Origin: an uncultured bacterium
GTDB lineage: Bacteria; JAJVIF01; JAPKYR01
Direction: 5' to 3'
Assembly (NCBI GenBank): GCA_965369865.1
Contig: CBDURU010000002.1
Coordinates: 53,331 to 117,330, forward strand
DNA: 64,000 nucleotides
Notes under the pieces: model-generated
The model's input: the letters and a program-made list of their open reading frames with translations, nothing else
What the model was told of the DNA's origin: nothing
The model's database searches: none
Shown: positions 60,671 to 64,000 of the stretch, piece by piece
How the letters are laid out: each line of letters opens with the position of its first letter
Numbering within the stretch: the stretch's first letter is position 1
Position numbers and translations under genes: made by a program

Positions 60671-61765
60671 TTATTCAAACGGTCCCTGATATTTATAAAA
60701 CGCGGCACAGGTGCCTTCACTTGATACCATGCAGGCGCCCTGCGGGTGCGACGGGTCGCATTCCTTTCCGAACAGATCGCATTCGGGAGGTTCTATCAGA
60801 CCCTTCAGAATTTCCCCGCACCTGCATCCAGTGATTAGTTTTGTATCCTCAACTTCAACCGGATGAAGCTTTTCAGCATCGAAATCCGCAAATTCATCGC
60901 GAATTCTTACACCGCTTCCCGGAATTATTCCGAATCCGAGCCATTCGGAATCGACGATTTCAAAAACCCGGTGGATCGCTTCAACCGCCTTGGGATTACC
61001 ATCTGAACGGGCAACGCGTGTATAGACATTTTCCACTCTCGATTCCCCTTTTGATGCCTGTTCCAGAAGTGCGATAATTCCTGTCAGGATATCGGCTGGT
61101 TCAAATCCGGCTACAACTACCGGTATGCCTTTCTCCGCGACCGGCTCATATGGTTTTAACCCGATGATTGTACTCACATGGGCTGCCGCAAGGAACCCGT
61201 GCAGGTTAAGGTCGGGATCATCGGCGAGTAACTCCATCGCGGGCGGAATAACTTTCCCCAGGCTGAGAATCCCGAAATTTTTAATGCCCTTGTTTTTTGT
61301 CGAGAGAATTGTCTGTGAATGACCGGGAATGGTGGTTTCGAATCCGATTCCGAGGAAAACGACAATTTTATCAGGATTTGCCCGGGCGATCTCGATGCAA
61401 TCAAGTGCCGAGTAAACAATTCGGATATCAGCACCCTTCGACCTCTCATCCTGAAGGGAGGACGTGCTTCCGGGCACACGGATCATATCACCGAACGTGG
61501 CAACGATTACCCGGCGATCACGGGCGTACGCGATCGCGGTGTCCAGCCCACTCCGCGGTGTTACACATACCGGGCAACCCGGTCCGCTTATCAGCCGCAC
61601 ATTTTCCGGTAAGATATCCCTGATACCATGACGGTGCACGTTCATGGTATGTGTACCGCAGACCTCCATAAAGTTGATCTTTCGGTCAGGTAATGGGAGG
61701 TCGTTTATTTTAGCGGCAAGTGCCTGTAATGTTCCGGGCTGCCTGTATGGATCGATGTGTTTCAT
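60671..61765 (-). CDS. hypD: Hydrogenase maturation protein HypD
   Basis: 'MEVCGTHT', 'GPGCPVC', 'GFETT', 'GACMVSSEGTC'. Confidence 0.97.
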   Translation of the reverse strand: MKHIDPYRQPGTLQALAAKINDLPLPDRKINFMEVCGTHTMNVHRHGIRDILPENVRLISGPGCPVCVTPRSGLDTAIAYARDRRVIVATFGDMIRVPGSTSSLQDERSKGADIRIVYSALDCIEIARANPDKIVVFLGIGFETTIPGHSQTILSTKNKGIKNFGILSLGKVIPPAMELLADDPDLNLHGFLAAAHVSTIIGLKPYEPVAEKGIPVVVAGFEPADILTGIIALLEQASKGESRVENVYTRVARSDGNPKAVEAIHRVFEIVDSEWLGFGIIPGSGVRIRDEFADFDAEKLHPVEVEDTKLITGCRCGEILKGLIEPPECDLFGKECDPSHPQGACMVSSEGTCAAFYKYQGPFE

Positions 61766-61924
61766 TACTGCGTACCGCGCATCGGATAAATCAAGGCTGG
61801 TATTATACCCGATGGGGAACGTTAAAGTCCTGTACTTAATTTTTCAGGCGAAGCAGACTGGTATCGGCGCTTACTTGAGAGAAATTCGTGGTAAAATAAT
61901 CCTGGGATCCACCGGGAGCATGCG

Positions 61925-62488
61925 ATGCATGAAGTATCCAGAAATTGGTCGGAAAAAGGGACCGAACTTGCCAACGCCGGACGGTATGCGCGGGCGATTA
62001 ATTATTTCGATCTTGCTATTCGAAATAACACCAGGTACGCGCCCGCATGGCGTAACAAAGCCATGGCACTGATGAACATGGGTGAGTACCGGAAAGCTCT
62101 GGGATGTCTGGACCGCGCGATCGAACTCAATCCGGAACTGGCAAGGGTCTGGACCGTAAAGGCAATGGCCCTTCAGAACCTCGGCAGGTTCGAGCAGGCG
62201 ATCGAATGCTGCGATGAGGTTTTAAGGATTGAATATTTCAATTCAGATGCATGGGTGCGAAAGGGAACGCTGTATGGTGCGCTGGGTAATACTCAACAGG
62301 AAATATTTTGTTATGACAGGGCCATTCAGATCAACCCGGGTAATGCATCCGCCTGGTTTAACAAGGGATCTTTATTGGCGATGCAAAAAAGGATCGGCGA
62401 AGCGCTGCCATGCCTTCAGATGGCGGAACGGTTAAACCATCCACGCGCGAAGTCGATAGTTGAAAACATCCAGACCCTGTCAGAGTAA
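61925..62488 (+). CDS. TPR-repeat protein
   Basis: About five 34-aa repeats of the form 'AW..K...L...G.Y..A..C.D.A....P'. Confidence 0.9.
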   Translation: MHEVSRNWSEKGTELANAGRYARAINYFDLAIRNNTRYAPAWRNKAMALMNMGEYRKALGCLDRAIELNPELARVWTVKAMALQNLGRFEQAIECCDEVLRIEYFNSDAWVRKGTLYGALGNTQQEIFCYDRAIQINPGNASAWFNKGSLLAMQKRIGEALPCLQMAERLNHPRAKSIVENIQTLSE

Positions 62489-62528
62489 TTCATACCAATT
62501 CTACTTGAAATTATTTTTTTCGAACTTC

Positions 62529-62642
62529 TGTTACCTCTCCGGCTCACATGATGAGGAATTCCCGGCATCACATTTCAAGCCGTCCCGTGCATATGGGAAT
62601 ATTGGCTTAGTTATTAATCAAAATCAATAGGTAGTTGTCCCC
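62529..62642 (-). pseudogene. Short decayed 5' fragment of a REP-associated tyrosine transposase with its upstream end
   Basis: Minus strand from 62592 reads MHGTA*NVMPGIPHHVSRRGN. About 83% identical by hand alignment to 63852-63964. Confidence 0.75.
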
Positions 62643-62679
62643 TTTTTTATTTTTACATGTCAAGAAATGCGCCTGATGA

Positions 62680-62723
62680 TTGAAAATGCCGTTTTTATAC
62701 GTTATACTTGAGATTGAGTCTCA
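62680..62723 (+). promoter_or_regulatory. Sigma70-type promoter with an adjacent Fur-family 7-1-7 box
   Basis: TTGAAA (62680-62685), 17 nt, TATACT (62703-62708), then TGAGATT-G-AGTCTCA (62709-62723). Confidence 0.6.
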
Positions 62724-62777
62724 GTATCATGCAATAAACGGGATATTTCCTGGACCTTTAACTGTAAGGAGTATGAG

Positions 62778-63575
62778 ATGAAAAAATTATCAGGATGCCT
62801 GATTCTTTTTCTAATTTTTGCATGTTCGCATGCGGCAACCGCCCACGATTTGTGGATCAACTGCACCGACCATTATGTCCAGCAGACTGAAGCGGGGTTC
62901 CATGACAGTAAAGTATATTTGGGATGGGGACACAGATTTCCAGTTGATGACTTCATCCCTGCGGAACTGCTGACAGTATTCGAACTGATCGACCCGCAGG
63001 GCGGAATAACTCCGCTTGAAGCAATTATAGGCGGATATACTGCCGCAGAACTTGAGTTCGAGATGCCGGGATCTCATATCGTTTCCGTTATCGGCAACAG
63101 CGGTTATTACACTATGTACATGGAAAATGGCGAGATGCATCACTCTCCTGAATCGATGGAAAATAAGGAGAATGTCATTATCAGTGCTTATTTTGAGGAA
63201 TATGCGAAGTGTCTTGTATTTGTAGGCGATGAGAGAGACAACGCTTTCGCGGAACCACTAAATCATGATCTCGAAATTGTGCCGATCACCGATCCGCGTG
63301 ATTTGAAAGTCGGCGACATGTTCGAGTTCCAGGTGCTTTTCGAGGGCAGACCTGCTTCGTTTACCCCGGTGACCAGCACGTACTCCGGGTTCTCCTCCGG
63401 AATGGATATGGCTTATTCAACCGGTGTCGGCATGGACGGATACGGCGCCATACGTATCCTCCACTGGGGACCGCAGATGCTCAATGCGAAAATCGAGCGT
63501 CCGCCGGAGGATGACCACATCGGAAAATGCCAGTATGAAAGATACTCAGCCACACTGACTTTTGAGGTCAGGTGA
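62778..63575 (+). CDS. DUF4198 periplasmic protein (metal-uptake-associated)
   Basis: Signal peptide then 'AHDLWI'; 'GWGH', 'YAKC', 'LEIVP..DP', 'VLFEGRP', C-terminal 'ATLTFEV'. Confidence 0.85.
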   Translation: MKKLSGCLILFLIFACSHAATAHDLWINCTDHYVQQTEAGFHDSKVYLGWGHRFPVDDFIPAELLTVFELIDPQGGITPLEAIIGGYTAAELEFEMPGSHIVSVIGNSGYYTMYMENGEMHHSPESMENKENVIISAYFEEYAKCLVFVGDERDNAFAEPLNHDLEIVPITDPRDLKVGDMFEFQVLFEGRPASFTPVTSTYSGFSSGMDMAYSTGVGMDGYGAIRILHWGPQMLNAKIERPPEDDHIGKCQYERYSATLTFEVR

Positions 63576-63618
63576 TTTATAATCGCGGAATTCATAAGCA
63601 TGTCGGACTTGTGTTTTT

Positions 63619-63915
63619 TTAATCAAGTGGAGGCAGTCCATGACAGCGGTTGTACTTTTGGGCGTATGTGCGATGCGCATATCCGATGGCATCTCCTAGT
63701 GACGATTCGTGCAGTGGTATGGCAACGATGTGCACATGATTCGGCATCAGGCAGTAGCCTTGTATTTCAAGGTAATAGCGGTCGCAATATTATTTCAGGA
63801 TGCCGGGATACTCCTCGCGGTCCGAATCATCGAGGAAAACCCCCTGACGATTGTTACCTCTCTGGGTCGCATGATGCGGGATTCCCGGCACGACAATTCG
63901 AGCCGTTCCGGGCAT
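63619..63915 (-). pseudogene. Truncated REP-associated tyrosine transposase (RAYT, IS200-like HUH Y1)
   Basis: MPGTARIVVPGIPHHATQRGNNRQGVFLDDSDREEYPGILK*YCDRYYLEIQGYCLMPNHVHIV...; HUH motif NHVH; in-frame TAA at 63790-63792; ends at codon 99, before the expected catalytic Tyr region. Confidence 0.88.
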
Positions 63916-64000
63916 ATTAGATTATTAGCTTAGTTATTATCAAAATCAATAGGTCACTGTCCCCAATGGCACTAACTTAAGGTTTCAACTGCAATACTAA

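Noticed and set aside
63790..63792. Stop-codon recoding in the RAYT remnant
   Set aside because: The stop is TAA, the gene is also truncated, and TAA, TAG and TGA all terminate normal genes in this window.
63600..63933. Plus-strand ORFs 63600-63920 and 63709-63933
   Set aside because: Antisense shadows of the minus-strand RAYT pseudogene.

Overview
Bacterial chromosomal window of about 55 CDS from an apparently anaerobic, lipoprotein-rich organism; I cannot assign the taxon from sequence alone. Housekeeping blocks: rplY-pth-mfd-SurA-like, ppdK, purN, leuC/hacA-like, lepB, a carboxyltransferase/biotin-carrier cluster, ychF-like, gatC-gatA-(cyclase)-gatB-rex, polyprenyl synthase, lipA, rodA and hypDE. 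Envelope and motility genes include flhB, a PilB/GspE ATPase, a prepilin, two GT-C-type membrane proteins, and ankyrin, LVIVD and heparinase-like lipoproteins. I found no rRNA, tRNA or CRISPR array. The main unexplained structure is intergenic. At least four families of REP-like palindromes occur, some nested inside IS-like terminal-inverted-repeat shells. Two interleaved inverted-repeat pairs bracket a HEPN gene and a lipoprotein gene broken by a 14-bp duplication. Two decayed REP-associated tyrosine transposase (RAYT) 5' ends bracket a DUF4198 gene that carries a Fur-like box. Other notable items: a solo, catalytically altered class III cyclase inside gatCAB behind a Rex/CRP-like site, a UvrD helicase with an inserted DEDDh exonuclease, and a frameshifted Cys-rich lipoprotein.
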